A stretch of DNA of 64,000 nt from the human T2T-CHM13v2.0 reference genome, Homo sapiens: NCBI RefSeq assembly GCF_009914755.1, contig NC_060940.1, one strand, 5' to 3'. A model generated the notes under the pieces. The model saw only the letters and a program-made list of their open reading frames with translations, did not search any database and was not told the origin of the DNA. Positions 1-23,281 of the stretch are shown here, piece after piece (within the stretch, counting starts at the first letter, position 1; every line of letters begins with the position of its first letter). The position numbers were made by a program, and so were the translations under genes.

Positions 1-334
1 GGAGGACCAACCTTCTTGTTCCCATTCACCCTGGAGTTCTTTCTTCTGAACTTCATCTAGCACCTGCTATGCACTAGGGATTCATGGGGGGGATGGTGGG
101 GCGGAGGTCAAGGACGGTCAAGTCTGGCCTTCAGCTTGCCTCAGTCCCCGTGGCTGATGCCTTGCCCTTTGCTCTGGAATCTGGGCCCTACAAGCTCCTA
201 CCAGGCTCAGTGCAGAGAGGGCTCGAGGGCACCCCCTATCGGTGAGCAGATTCCATAGCTGCCCACGCCTCCCCCTCTCTTGAGTGGATGATCAACCCCA
301 GCAATCTAGAGACATGTTCTTGGATTCTGCCAGC

Positions 335-340
335 TTTATT
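335..340 (-). terminator. Polyadenylation signal AATAAA of the minus-strand gene (3' UTR ~315-1038)
   Basis: tttatt on + strand; on - strand followed ~20 nt later by CA and G/T-rich sequence; ~700 nt after the stop codon. Confidence 0.7.
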
Positions 341-1038
341 TTTCAGTTGAAAACTCAAAGGAAAAAGTTACATTCCCAAAAGAAAGTAAAACACTTCCAA
401 TGATGTAGCCTGGAGGCCTGAGTTCACAGGTGCCCCTACCAAAACAGAGGCCCTCCCCAGGGTCCCCTAAAGCATTCAGTCCCAGTGTGTCTACCCCAAA
501 GAGAGAAGCTGCCTACCTGGGCTTCTGATTAAGAGGCTTGGGGCCATCACTTCCCTTCAAGGAAACTCCTGCCTGAAAAGACCCCTGGATCAGGCAGGGA
601 AAGCCAGTACCAAGCAGCTGAGGACCTGGCTTCGTGTCCCCCACCACGCAGTCAGCGTTCTGAAGCAGTGGCTTCCCAAATGGCTGTTGAATAAGTGAAT
701 AAATCTCTTGGGCATGAACAGGGGCCAGGTGGAGTTTTCTCTGCAGAGCTGGTACTTGCTGGCCGCACTGTCTCCTGGTTTGCAGTGGAAGTGTGGAGGA
801 AGGGGGAGAATTACTCAGACCAGTGGGAGAGTTTCATGTCCCCCGGAAGTATTTTGAGCCCAGTGGCAATGAGCCCTGCTTCCGTGCGTTTGCAGCACGT
901 GCGGTTCTGAGTTTCCCGGCATTCCATGCTGGTTATTCTGTCCCAGCCATGAATCTTGTCATTGTCAGGGAGCTGGAATTGCAGTAGAAGGTGAAGGAGT
1001 TTGAAGTCTGGCAGCCTAGTGCTGGCATAGACAAAATC

Positions 1039-1043
1039 TCAAA
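1039..1043 (-). CDS. LOC400499: Terminal coding exon (5 coding nt: G|TT TGA = Val-stop), then 3' UTR
   Basis: Strong acceptor cttacttttctctctcctttacag|; phase 1 matches the preceding exon; protein ends ...PPPQCV*. Confidence 0.7.
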
Positions 1044-1661
1044 CTGTAAAGGAGAGAGAAAAGTAAGACCAGGCTATGGGCCCCTGAGGAGAGGGGCCCC
1101 TGCTGTTTCCTGAAATAAATTATGCTAGGGCCCCTGGCCTTCATTATTAAAAGGACAACTCCCCATCCACTCCCACTCATCTCCCTCCCGCCTTTTTGTA
1201 AGAGCAGCGGGCATGGGTCAATGAGTCCCCTACAGCTGCAGGGCCTTTGCAGGCAGCGGTGCTAGGCCCAGCCTGCTGAGTTCCTTGGAAATTGAACAAG
1301 CATCTGTGGAGTGCTCACTCTGTGTCAGGTTCTGCTGCCAGCACCCTCGACACAGAGAAGACCAAGACATAGTTCCTAGCCAAGGGGAGGGCGGAACCTT
1401 AGCACACGATGCTTTGAGAGCTCAGGATGCATCCAACCCAAAGTGTGGGCTAAAGGGAGCTCACTGTGTGGGTGAGATCTTCAGTACAGCATGCAGTGGA
1501 GGCCATGATGTGGGGCTCCTGGCCCTAGAGGGACTGCTCTGCTGTTTCACCATCAAGTGGGGTGGACAAGGGCACAGATGGACACTCAGAGCTACCAGGC
1601 AAAGGAAGTGCCCTTCTATCCCTCATCTGCTACGAGAACTGTTTAAAAGATGGGTTTTAAC

Positions 1662-2252
<591 letters not shown>

Positions 2253-3160
2253 TAAGAGAAGTGTTGAAAATATGGGGTTTAGGTGGCCTTTTCTGCCATC
2301 TCTTTCTACTACATTCTGGTTCTTTTTCAGATATATAATTTTCAGTCATTAGTAAATTAGCTGATTTGCTAAATTAATTACTAAACTACAAATTTAGTAA
2401 TTAGTAATTTTAATAATTTCTAGTTCCCTGCTGAAATCTATAATCTGTGTCTAATAAGCCTACTATCTGAGTCCTGTGGGTCTGTGTCTATTGCCTGTCT
2501 GTGCTAGCTTTTACTCTTAGAATTTTATCTCCTTAAGAGTGTTTGGTTTTATAACTATGGTGTTCATAGGTAAAATGTTTATCATCGTATCACCATGCCT
2601 AGCACAGAGATGCTCAATATACATTTCTAGTGTAAAAAATTTTAAATGTAGTTAAACACAAGTAACATTTACCATAACCATTTTAAAGTACACAATTCAG
2701 TGTAAGTACATGCACACTTTTGTGCAACCAATCTCTGGAACTCAGTAAATACTGCCAAACTGAAACTTTATCCCCATTAAATAACCCATTACTGCTCTCT
2801 CCCAGCTCCCGGCAGCCACCACTGTACTTTCTGTCTCTATGAAACTTATTACTCGAGGTCCTTCAAATAAGTGGACTCATACAGTACTTGTGTTTTTGTG
2901 ACTGGCTTATTTCACTTTGTATAATGTCCTCAAGGGTCATCCATGTGGTAGCGTGTGTCAGAATTTCCTTCGTTTTTAAGGCTGAATCATGATTGATTGT
3001 ATGGAGAGACCACATTTATCTGTCAGTGGACACTTGGGTTGCTGCTGTCTTCTGGCCGTTGTGAATAATGCTGCTATGAACATCGGTGTATAAATGTGTG
3101 AGACCCTTTGAATTTTAGGGGATCCATACCCAGAAGTAGAATTGCTGGATTGTATGGTAA

Positions 3161-4343
<1,183 letters not shown>

Positions 4344-5246
4344 CTTTGTACATTGTTGAACCGGGTTGGGTTTTTGTTGTTACATTGTGAGAGTGCTTTA
4401 TGTATTCTAGATGGGAACTCCTTATCAGATATAATTTGCACATCTTTACTCCCATTCTGTAGGACGCCTTTTCACTCTGTTAATAGTATCCTTCAATGCG
4501 ATCCAGTTTGTCTGTTTCTCCTTTTGTTGCTTGTGCCTTTGGTGTCATATGCGCCATATCTAAGAAATCATTGACAAAGGAAGCTCTCCTACTGTGTTTT
4601 AAGAGTTGTATAGTTTTAGCTCTTACAGTTAGGTCTTTAATCCATTATTGAGGTTTTCTTTTTTTTTTTTCCCAACATGTTATAAGGTAAGAGGTTAACT
4701 TCATTCTTTTGCATGTGGATATCTAGTTTTCCCAACACCATTTGTTGAAAGACTGTCCTTTCCCCAATTCAATAGTCTTGGCATCCTTATTGAAATCATT
4801 TGACCACATGTGTAAGAGTTTCTTTCTAGACTCTGTATTTCATTCCACTGGTCTGTATGTATGTCTTTACGCCAGTACCACACTTTTGACCACTGTAGCT
4901 TTCAACAAATTTTGAAATTGGGAAGTATAAGACGTCCAAATTTGTTCTTTGTTTTCAAGATTGTTTTGGCCATTTGGAGTCCCTTGAAATTGTGTATCAA
5001 CTTTAGGATGGATTTTTCTATAAGTGAAGAAAAAATGCCACTGGGATTTTGATAGCAATTACGCTAAACCTGTAGATCACTTTGAGTAGTATTGACATCT
5101 TAATGATATTCTTACAATCCATAAATATGAGATGCCTTTACATTTGTTGTATAACCGGTCTCTGGGACTCTACATCCTGCCAAAATCTTTGCCTCCTGGT
5201 TAAGTTTATTCCTATTTTATTCTTTTTGATGCTATTGTAAATGGAC

Positions 5247-6879
<1,633 letters not shown>

Positions 6880-7287
6880 TAATTTAAGTGTGTACAGCTA
6901 CAAATTTCCCTCATAGCACTGCTTTTGCTGCATCCCATAAGATTTCATATGTTTGGTCTCAAGATACTTTCTGATTTTTCCTTATTTTCTTTCTTTGATC
7001 CACTGGTTTTGTAGTATGTTGTTTAGTTCCCACATATTTGTGGATATTTCAGTTTTCCTTCTAGTATGATTTCAGTCATTTCAAATGTATTAAATCTTGC
7101 TTTGAAGCCTAACATACAATCTTTCCTGGAGAACATTCCACGTGTACTTTTGAAGAATGTGTATTCTGCTGTTGGGTGAAGTTGTCTGTGTGGTAGGTCC
7201 AACTGGTCTATAGTATTGTTCAAGTACTTTGTTTCCTTCTTGATCTTCTGTCTGGGTGTTGTATCCATTATTGAAAGTGAGGTATTG

Positions 7288-7568
7288 GGCCGGGTGCAGT
7301 GGCTCAGGCCTGTAACCCCAGCACTTTAGGAGGCCAAGATGGGTGGATCACCTGAGGTCAGGAGTTCAAGAGCAGCCTGGACAACATGGTGAAACCCTGT
7401 CTCTACTGAAAATAGCTGGTCGTGGTGGCATACGCCTGTAATCCCAGCTACTCTGAGGCCTAAGAATCACTTGAACCCAGGAGGTGGAGGTTGCAGTGAG
7501 CCGTTATCATGCCACTGCACTCCAGCCTGGGCAACAGAGTGAGATTCCATCTCAAAAAAATAAAAAAA
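7288..7568 (+). mobile_element. AluS element
   Basis: ggccgggtgcagtggctca...poly-A; TSD-like aaagtgaggt. Confidence 0.93.
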
Positions 7569-8643
7569 GTGAGGTGAAGTCTCCTACCATTATCGTAGAC
7601 CTATCTGTTTCTCCTTTCATTCTACAGTGTTTGCTTAATATATTTAGGAGCTCTGAGGTGTGTTGCATGTACATTTATAACTGTTACATCTTTTTGGTGA
7701 ATTGACTGTTATCATTATCTCTTATAACAGCTTTTGACCTTAGGTCGATTTTGTCTGATATTAGTATAGCTACTCCTTCTCTATCTTATTTCATCCTTTC
7801 ACTTTCAACCTGTGTAAGTCTCTCAGTCTTCTGATGGTGGAATTCATTTGTATTTTTAAAGATTATCATTCTGATGCAACTGACTAACCTGGTGACTGTG
7901 TCATGAGGCCCACAGCCAAGGACTGCGGTGACCAGTTGCTGTGGGGAGACTCCAGCACATTACTGACGGGACTTCCCGATGGGGAAGGACTTCCTGGTGC
8001 CACGCTGTTGATTGTTTTCTGCATGGCTTATGGTTTGCTTTCTCTGTCATTTCGTCCCTTTGTGTTTAATTGATGTTTTTATTGTGACACACTTAGGATC
8101 TCATTTGCTTTTGTGTACGTTCTGTAGATATGTTGTCATTACCATGGGGATTACACGAAACATCCTGAAGTTAGAGCAATCCATTTTAAACTGGTAAGTT
8201 CAATCACATACAAATACCCCACTCTTTGACAGCTCTGTCCCCCTCCTATGTTGTTGATATCACAAAGTATATCTATTTTTAGAGACAGGGTCTCACTCTG
8301 TCACCCAGGCTGGAGTGCAGTGGCATTATCACAGCTCAATGTAACCTCAAGCCCCTGGACTCAAGTGATCCTTCGGAGTAGCTGAGACTACAAGTGCATG
8401 CCACCACCATGCCTACTTTTTTTCACAAATTATATGTTTAACGTAGATGTATAGTTATACATCTTTTAAATCCAATAAAATAATTACAGAGATGAATGAA
8501 AATTACAATACAGGTCTTTATATGTGGCCTCAAACTTCCACCTAGCATCTTTTTTTTTTTTTGACTTGAAGGACTCCCTTTAGCATTTCTTGCATAATGA
8601 ACTCTCTCAGCTTTTGTTTATCTGAGAATGTCTTAATTTCTCT

Positions 8644-8842
8644 GGCCGGACACAAGGCGGGCAGATCACGAAGTCAGGAGTTCGAGACCAGCCTGGCTAA
8701 CATGGTGAAACCTCGTCTCTACTAAAAATACAAAAATTCGCCGGGGGTGGTGGCGCATGCCTGTAATCCCAGCTACTCGGGAGGCTGCACCACTGCACTC
8801 CAGCCTGAAGGACAGAGCAGAGACCCTGTCTCAAAAAAAAAT
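8644..8842 (+). mobile_element. Internally deleted Alu
   Basis: Alu sequence with deletions in both arms. Confidence 0.85.
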
Positions 8843-10126
8843 AAGAATAATAAGTGTCTTAATTTCCTATGAGAATTCATAATATGCCTTTATTTTGTAA
8901 CTTATAACCACCTTTTAATTTGTCCTTCAAAAGTTAATTATAACGGGTGACTGCTTTTCTTAGATACTTGTCTGGTGTCCAAGAGGGGAATAACTTAGCC
9001 CTTGATTTAAAAAAATAAACCCTAAGGGAGGGAGAGGACCTTAACTGCAGATACCATTCCATTGTGACACTGTGGCTGTAAGTCTTCTCTGTTGTCCTCC
9101 CAGATGTTTTGTTGATGGCTGACGTAGCGGACTCAAAACAACGAGCACTTCTGCTTGATACACAGATTCTCCGAGGTTCCTGTGGAGCCACAGCACCTCC
9201 TGTCTTGGCACTTCATAGTTGTCTCATCGAGTCCAAGGCTGCCTCCCAAGGGTCTGGCTGGTAGACCATGAAGTTGATTCCTGCCTTAAGCCTGGCTCTG
9301 CAAGAAGTTGTCCTATATTCTCACCAGTCACATTTTTGGTACTAGAACGGTGCTTTTTATAGTGCACTCGTAACTGGACGCTGAAATCACAGCCTGGCCA
9401 TTTGGATGTTCAACCGATGCTTTATGCTGCTGAGTCCTTGGAACTCACTCCCCGTGCCGGAACTCACTGGAGCTCAGGTGTGTGGCACTACCTTGTTTCT
9501 CTGCAGCTGGTATTGCAAACATTTTTCATGCATTTATTTCCCATTGTTTACTTTTGAGTTTTTGTTTTGTGAGACAGGGTCTCAGTCTGTCACGCAGGCA
9601 GGAGTGTGATCATGGCTCACTGCAGCCTTGACCTCCTGGGTTCAAGCAATCTCGCCTCAGCCTCCCAAAGTGCTGGGAGTACAAGTGTGAGCCACCACAC
9701 CTGCCCTACTTTTGAGCTTTGAGTTCTTTATATATTCTAGAGATGAGTCTCTAGAGATGAGTCCTCGGTCTGATAGATGGTTTGTAAACATTTTTCCCAA
9801 TCTGTAGCTTATCTTTCCATCTTCTTAATAGAGTCTTTCAGACAGCAAAAATAAGATCTCTCTTGCAAATACTCTGCCTCTGTAGCAGGAAAGCAGCCAT
9901 AGACTACGTAAATGAACGTCGGTGGATCCCTTGAGTAAGTGTCATTCATGGTAAAGATATCTCTAGACAGATCAGTGCTGAGAGGCTTTTTCATTCTTAA
10001 ATAATAGTTGAGCTGGGTACACACACTAACCTCATGCTTATTTTCTCTTACTCCACTGTCTTCTGCTGTTGCTGGTGGGAGATCAGTTATCAACATGTTC
10101 TTCCTTCTTTCCACCCTCTTCCTTAG

Positions 10127-10542
<416 letters not shown>

Positions 10543-10892
10543 ATTTCTTTTAGACATGTTGGATCCTCTTATTTCATCCTCCCTTTGTCATATTTTCCAA
10601 TTCATTAATTTTCTCTTCTGCTGTTAAGGTTTTAAATGTCTGAATGGCAGCCACTAATTCTGGCATCTGAAGCTCTTGGAAGCCTACTCCTGTTGTTGCC
10701 ACTGACTTCTATGCCCATTTAGTGGGGCTTTGGCTGTGGGAATCATACGCAGCACTGGATGACGGAGCTCTCACCACATGGGATCTGATGCTGTCTCCAG
10801 GTAGCTGGTGTTAGAACTGAATTAGAGGGACAGCCTGGTAGTGGGAACAACACACATTTGGTCACAGAAGTCATCTGCTGTGTTGATGATTA

Positions 10893-11141
<249 letters not shown>

Positions 11142-11204
11142 TCAAGAGGCAACTTAATGTGGCTCTGTGGACACTTAGCTTAGTAGGGGGTAGGGAATCC
11201 ATTT

Positions 11205-11770
<566 letters not shown>

Positions 11771-11831
11771 GTACCTGCCTCGAGGGGACACACATCCAAA
11801 CAGGCAGTCTTAATAAATGTTGTGACTCTTA

Positions 11832-12095
<264 letters not shown>

Positions 12096-12098
12096 TCA

Positions 12099-12335
<237 letters not shown>

Positions 12336-12413
12336 TCAGGCCTCCTGCTGGACCATGTGGCTCCCCCGCGTACACTGGCCTCAGCAGGAGACTTCCCCCA
12401 AACCCTGGGCCTA

Positions 12414-12881
<468 letters not shown>

Positions 12882-13131
12882 TCAAGTGGCTGGAATCCAG
12901 GCCCTTCCTTTGTGTTCCTTGGCAGAGGGACGACAGAAGGGCCAACTCCACACTGGAGCCGCGTGTCCCACGGATGGGACAGAAAGCCCTGGGCCTCTGT
13001 GCGGTCATCTGGACATGGGGTCAATGGCATGAGGCTAGATGAGGAGTTGAGGGCACACGCGCTGCCATGCTAGAGACGAGGCCGGCAGAGGCTCTGCATG
13101 CACGGTAGCCCCCTGCCGCCCTGGAAGCTTA

Positions 13132-13897
<766 letters not shown>

Positions 13898-13984
13898 TCA
13901 AGATGACATGAGCTGAAGGTCTACTGGCAATTCAGCCCTAACAAGGAAAGGAGTCCTGAGACCTGCTACAAAAATACTGTGCTA

Positions 13985-14350
13985 AGTAAAAAAGCCTGGC
14001 TCAAATGCCACAGGGTCTATGCTTCTGTTTACATAAAATGTCCAGAGCAGGCACAGCCATGGACAGAAGGCAGATTGGTGGCTGCAGGGTTTCAGTTTGG
14101 GGTGATGAAAATGTTTTAAAATCGACTGTGGTGATGCAGGCACAACTCTGAATAAATTAGAAGCCACTGAATCGTACACTTAAAATTCACACATCGGCCA
14201 GGCACGGCGGCGCTAAAAGCCATCCCAGCACTTTGGGGGACTGAGGCAGGAGGATCACTTGAGCCCAGAAGGTCAAAGCTATGGTGAGCTGAGATGGCGC
14301 CACTGCACTCCAGCCAGGACAACAGAGTGAGACCTAGTCTCAAAAAAAAA
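13985..14350 (+). mobile_element. Old L1M 3' fragment followed by Alu monomer (14196-14350)
   Basis: L1M-type 3' end (gtttcagtttggggtgatgaaaatgttt) and Alu arm. Confidence 0.75.
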
Positions 14351-15381
14351 TGTCACACATACAAGTCATCCATTTAATCTCAATGAAGCTGCTGGCGGGG
14401 ATGGGGGGAAACATTCACTATGTAAGTGGATAGCCAACAGGTCCCTCAAACACAAGACTGGTGTCCTGCAGACCTACCCTCTTCAGGGTAGGGAACAGAT
14501 GGCCTGAGAAGGAGGTCTGACCAGTCTAGCCAGTGCGGCCCCTGAGCTGTGGCTTGGGGGTGGGGGTGCCCTTGCCCGTGGCCAGGAAGCACCATCTATG
14601 GTGCACAGCCAGGCACCTGTCGGCCAGTCCCAGCATCCTGAGGGAGGCAGTACCAGCCCCGTGGGCAGCTGTCAGAACTGAGAGGCACAGAGAAGCCCAC
14701 GGTCACACACATGGAACTTGAAGACCAGGCTGTTTTCTACAACACCAATGTGCTGCTTAGACATGACTGCGCCCACGCTTCTAGGGAGCCCTGGGCCTGG
14801 GTGTGAGTCCCACACACATAAAGCACTCCTTGCCAAGCCTGGGTACCGGGGTTCCCCCATAGACATGAGGGGCTCCCCCTGCATCAAGAACAGTACATGC
14901 CCATTACCCATATGAGCGAGCCACGTTGTTACCTACATTTCACGGTGGAGCAAATAGAGTCCCACAGGTTAGACTCACCTGGCCACACAGCATTTCATGG
15001 TGGAGGAAACCGAGTCCCACAGAGGTTAGACTTGACTTGCCTGGCCACACAGCAAGCCTGAGCCACAAGCAAGCTCCCCAGCCCTTGGCTACAGGTCGCC
15101 TCTGACCGGCGAGTCTGAAGTCAGTCAGTTCTCTTCCAGCTGGATCTGGAGGGCTGCCGTCTTCTCCAGCAGTGCCCGCAGGGAGGGAGCTGGCCTGAAG
15201 CCCTAAACCACCCTCCTCACCCCTCTGCAGGGCCAAGACTTATATTCTGGACAAAAGCAGGATGTGTACCCTCAGCCCTAGTCCCATAGGACCTTGGGAA
15301 GTCCAGTAAGCTCTGGGCCTGGCACTGTGATGCTACTAGCCTATGGAGGCTTCCCTGTGCCCAGGAGGCAGGGGGCTCTCA

Positions 15382-15624
<243 letters not shown>

Positions 15625-15943
15625 TCACTGTGCCTGCCCGAGCCTTGCTTCCCTTGGCTGCAGAGGGGAGCTTCTAGGTCTGCAGGAAGAGCTCTGCAGT
15701 GGAGAGCATGAGGGTGCCTTTCAGGGAGGGGCTGTCCTTGTTTTGGGAAATCCCATCATGAGGTGGAGGAGGAGAGAGGCCGGCATGACAACGGAGGTGG
15801 TAGATGATGGCTGGGGACAGAAACAAGCTGCCCCATTTTGAGGACACAGATGTCCGATGTCATGCCTACTCTGCTCCCCGGGTCTTGGGCAGCATGGGCT
15901 TATGTGTGGGGATGCCGAGGACAGGAGCTGGAAGGTCTAGGAA

Positions 15944-16238
15944 ATTTTTTTTGTTTTGTTTTTTAAGAATCTCATTCTGTCGCCCAGGCTGGAGTGTAGT
16001 GGCACAATCTCAACTCACTGCAACCTCTGCCTCCCGGGTTTGTTTCTCCTGCCTCAGCCTCCCAAGTAGCTGGGACTACCAGCGCCCACCGCAACACCCG
16101 GCTAATTTTTGTATTTTTAGTAGAGTTGGAGTTTCACCACATTGGCCAGGCTAGTCTCAAACTCCTGACTTCAACTGATCTGCCCACCTCGGCCTCCCAA
16201 AGTGCTGGGATTACAGGTGTGAGCCACTGTGCCTGGCC
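15944..16238 (-). mobile_element. AluS element
   Basis: Alu consensus; TSD aggtctag(g/a)aaattt. Confidence 0.93.
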
Positions 16239-17052
16239 AACAGGTCTAGAAAATTTCTACAGTTTAGGGGAGGACTGGAACTTTCTCAGGATCTAGAGTA
16301 GGGGTCAAGCCTGTGAGATTTGAATGATCAGGGGGATGTCAGCTCACATGGGGGTGTAGTGGGAAGACAAACATCTCATACCCTGTTGTTGATGGGCCAG
16401 TAGAGAGGGAGCAGGGGCAGGTGGCCTCACTTGCTTACTTCTAGGAACCCAGAGGCCCTGCAGCTGGAGGCAGGAAGCAGCCTCAACTCCCTCTCTGCCA
16501 CCTGAATCCATGTTTTGGCACCCCCACCTAGCAGTGACAGGATCCCACTCACCAGGTAGGTGAGTAACCAGGCAGGTCATTCTTCAGCCAAGCCAAACCC
16601 CGCCCTGGGAGCTCTTCCCTTCATCAGCCTCCATTCTGACCGCAGGAAGGCAGGAGCAGGAACTTGTATCACAGGGAGTCTTTTCGCCATGATGTGGGTT
16701 TAGTCTCTATTTTATGGCTGGGGAAACTGAGGCACAGAGCACTGAGGCAGAGGAATCCTAGTTAGAGGCAGAGCCGGATTCCAGATGCTCTGTGAGGCCA
16801 CCAGCATGGAAGAAGGAGCTGCCTCCCTGCTTGGAGCCCGGTTCCTGGTGGGCCTCGTGCCTGTGAGGGGGAGGATACTGGGTCCCCAGGTCTCTGCTCT
16901 AAACTGGGCTCCCCCCTTCTATCCACCACCCCCGTGTTCTCAACACAGGGGCCAAAGGGATCTTTTAAAGTGAAAGGGCGATCACATCCTTCCTAGGTCA
17001 GAGCAGAAGCCAGAGACCAGCTGAGCCCCACCTACCCGCCTCCCCAGTCTTA

Positions 17053-18027
<975 letters not shown>

Positions 18028-18420
18028 ATTACAAAACAAAAGCAAGGAAATGTGACAGAGCCGAATGGCCTGCTTAAGATGCGACTCTCAGGCCCTCTGC
18101 AGGGAGCTGTGCCAGCCCCGGTGTAGATGACTTCCTTGTGCTTCGTGTCTGAGTAAAAGTGAGCTTCCTGAAGGCAGGGTCAGCCTCAGCCACTGCGCTC
18201 TCTGCAGCTCCTGAAATCCTGCCTACCCTCGGCCAGTGCTCACGAGGTATCTATGGAGTGAGGAAGAAAGCCCAGCTTCCTCATCTGTAAAACGAGGAGA
18301 GAAGAAGCCCCTGGGCAGGGTGGTCACAGGAGTCAGTGTGTCGGAAGGTGTCAAAGCATTCAGCACTGCACCTGGTATGTGGCAGGCACGCAGGATGCGC
18401 TACTCTCAAACCCCGAGTTA

Positions 18421-18549
<129 letters not shown>

Positions 18550-18562
18550 TCAGTCATCCTCA

Positions 18563-18823
<261 letters not shown>

Positions 18824-19049
18824 TCAGAGAACCAGCCCTGCCCAGACACGCCAGGCCTCGAGGAGATAGGGCCTGTTCCTGGGATTAAGATGTGGGGAGC
18901 TGGGGGAACTGGAACAGAGCAGTGGCACTGGAGATTGCAGGGGAGTTGTCACAGCAGGCCTGAGCCGTCTCTGCAAGGCCTGCTTATAAGGTTGTCTGGG
19001 AACTTGGATTGGGGGAGGGTTCCCACCAGTCCTAGAATTGATATGAGGC

Positions 19050-19430
19050 TCCCTGCATCTGAACTGTTTGTACAAACGTGGTTTATGCCGGACCCCTGCT
19101 TGCTTCCTAGGAGTCTGACAGTGTGGTCCGTGCCAAGCAGCACCTGCCAGTGTGGCAGCCCCCAATAAAAACCCTGGGTGCTGAGTCTCACAGGAGCTGC
19201 TCTGGTGACAGCTGGGACAGCTAAATGCATCCTGTGTGAAAGCGCTGGGACTGGGAGAGTACCCTGGGCACTGGCCCTGGTTCTCCCTAGACTCCGCCCC
19301 AGCCCCCTTCCCTGTGCTGACACTCCTGCATCCCCTCACTATAATAAATCACAGCCGTGAATAGCGCTGGGAGGAGTCCTGGCGCATTCCTCCTGATTCA
19401 CTGCCCTGGGGGTGGTCACAGGAACACTCT
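19050..19430 (+). mobile_element. Old ERVL-class solo LTR fragment (subfamily uncertain)
   Basis: cccccaataaaaaccctggg...ataataaatcacagccgtga...ctgggggtggtc LTR-like motifs. Confidence 0.55.
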
Positions 19431-19812
19431 GGCACAGCAGGGAGGATCGGGAGGTAACATTCAACAGCCAGTCAGAGGGATGCCCACCCTGGCGCTGGGC
19501 AGGGCCTTGGGGGCTCTGTGCTGTGCTGGGCATTAGCCCTGGATGGCGGAGAGGCCAGAGGTTCCCAGTCCTGCCACGAGGCTGGTTGGGGCAGCAGGTG
19601 TGAGCCTTTAATGACCACCTGGCCACATTGAGCTCATCGTGGAACCAGAAAGAGATGCTGTGGCAGTGAGCTTCACAGAAACAAGGCTGTATACTCAAAA
19701 GAAAGCAGGCGGGAGACTGAAAAAACCTAGGCAGCAGGCATAAGGGAGATGAGCTTGGAGACTCTGTAAAAATGACACAGCAGACCCAGAAAAAACAAAG
19801 GCTGTAGATCTA

Positions 19813-20918
<1,106 letters not shown>

Positions 20919-21055
20919 TCAAGGCCCTAGGATTTGAGAACCTTGAGCTGCACCACCTAGAGCAACCACCTGAGCCACCTGAAGCCCCCTCTTCTGTCCC
21001 CTCCCCCGACACGGCAGTCAGTTAGGGATGCCATAAGGCTTCAGGGGGTTTCCTG

Positions 21056-21950
<895 letters not shown>

Positions 21951-22845
21951 TCAGGAAGAGGCTGGCTGGGGAGGCTGCTGTTGGACCTGTAGGGAACCAA
22001 GGGAAGGCACAATGCCCACGCCCGATCTCCAGGGCACCAGGTTCCCCACGCCATATCCCTGTCTAAGGCTGCCAGTGCCCCATTACAGAAAGCACTTTTG
22101 AAAATACTCCGGGCCAGGATCAAGGGCTCACTCCTATAATCCCAGCACTTCAGGAGGCCAAGACGGGTGGATCGCTTGAGCCCAGGAGTTTCAGACTAGC
22201 CTGGACCACATGGCAAAAACCCTGTCTCTACCAAAAATACAAAACTTAGCCAGTCTCATGACAAATACTTTTTTTAATTTTTAAAAATACCCATCTAGGA
22301 GCCCAACCCAGCAGCAGCCGCCCACAGGGTGGCTTAGAGATGGCTGCTGCCCAGGCCCCACCCAGACACTCTGATTTAATTGGTGTTGGGGGCCCCGGGC
22401 CCTGGCATTTCTAACATCCCCAGTGCCCTGGTGTTTCTGCTACAGCCCAGGCTTTCCGAGTTTGCATGGGAACCACTGCAAAGGTCTAAGCAAGGAGACA
22501 CGGGCACACCTGGCATAACACCCCAGGCACTGGGCAGCTTACCTAAGTCCCTGCAGGTGCCCAGCCTTGGGGGCACGGCAGGGACCAGGACAGGCGAGTC
22601 TAGAATGGGGTGGGAAAGAGGCTCAGAGGCCCCCAAGAGAACACAAGCCCGGAGGAGGCCCTGCAGGGGAGGGAGCCTCAGCTACCCTGTATTCTAGTCC
22701 AGACACTGCAGCTAACAAGCTGTGCACCCTTCAGTAAGGGTGTCACCCTCTCTGGGCCTCAGCTCCAAGATCTGTAAAATGATACAGAACAATGGTTCAC
22801 AAAACTTAACAGGACTTAAGAGTGTGTGTGCGCGTGCACGTATGT

Positions 22846-23281
22846 CTGTTAAGGGTTGAATTTTGTTCCTCAGATAGGTTGAAGCCCTAACCTTCTATAC
22901 CTGTGAACGTGGTGTTATTCGGAAATAGGTTTTTTGCAAAAGTAATCAAGTTGAGGCCATAGTGGATGAAGGTAGGCCACACACCCAATGAATGCTGTCC
23001 CTGTGAGAAGACCATGTGAAGATGCCACCCAGAAGGCAGAAGGCCACCACGTGGGACAGAGGCAGAGACTGGTGTGATGCCACCACAGCCGTGGGTCCTG
23101 GCAACCACCAGAAGCTGGAGGTGCTACAGAAGGATCTTCCCTAGGACTTTGAGAGGGAGTGTGGCCCTGCTGACAACTTGCTTTTGGACTTCTGGCCTCT
23201 AGAACTGTGACACCATACCTGTCTGTTGCATTAAGCCTTCCAGTTGGTGGCAATTTAATACAGTAGTCCTAGGAATCGAAT
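22846..23281 (+). mobile_element. MLT1 MaLR LTR
   Basis: tgttaagggttgaatt...ggaaatagg...ggacttctggcctctagaactgtga. Confidence 0.8.
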
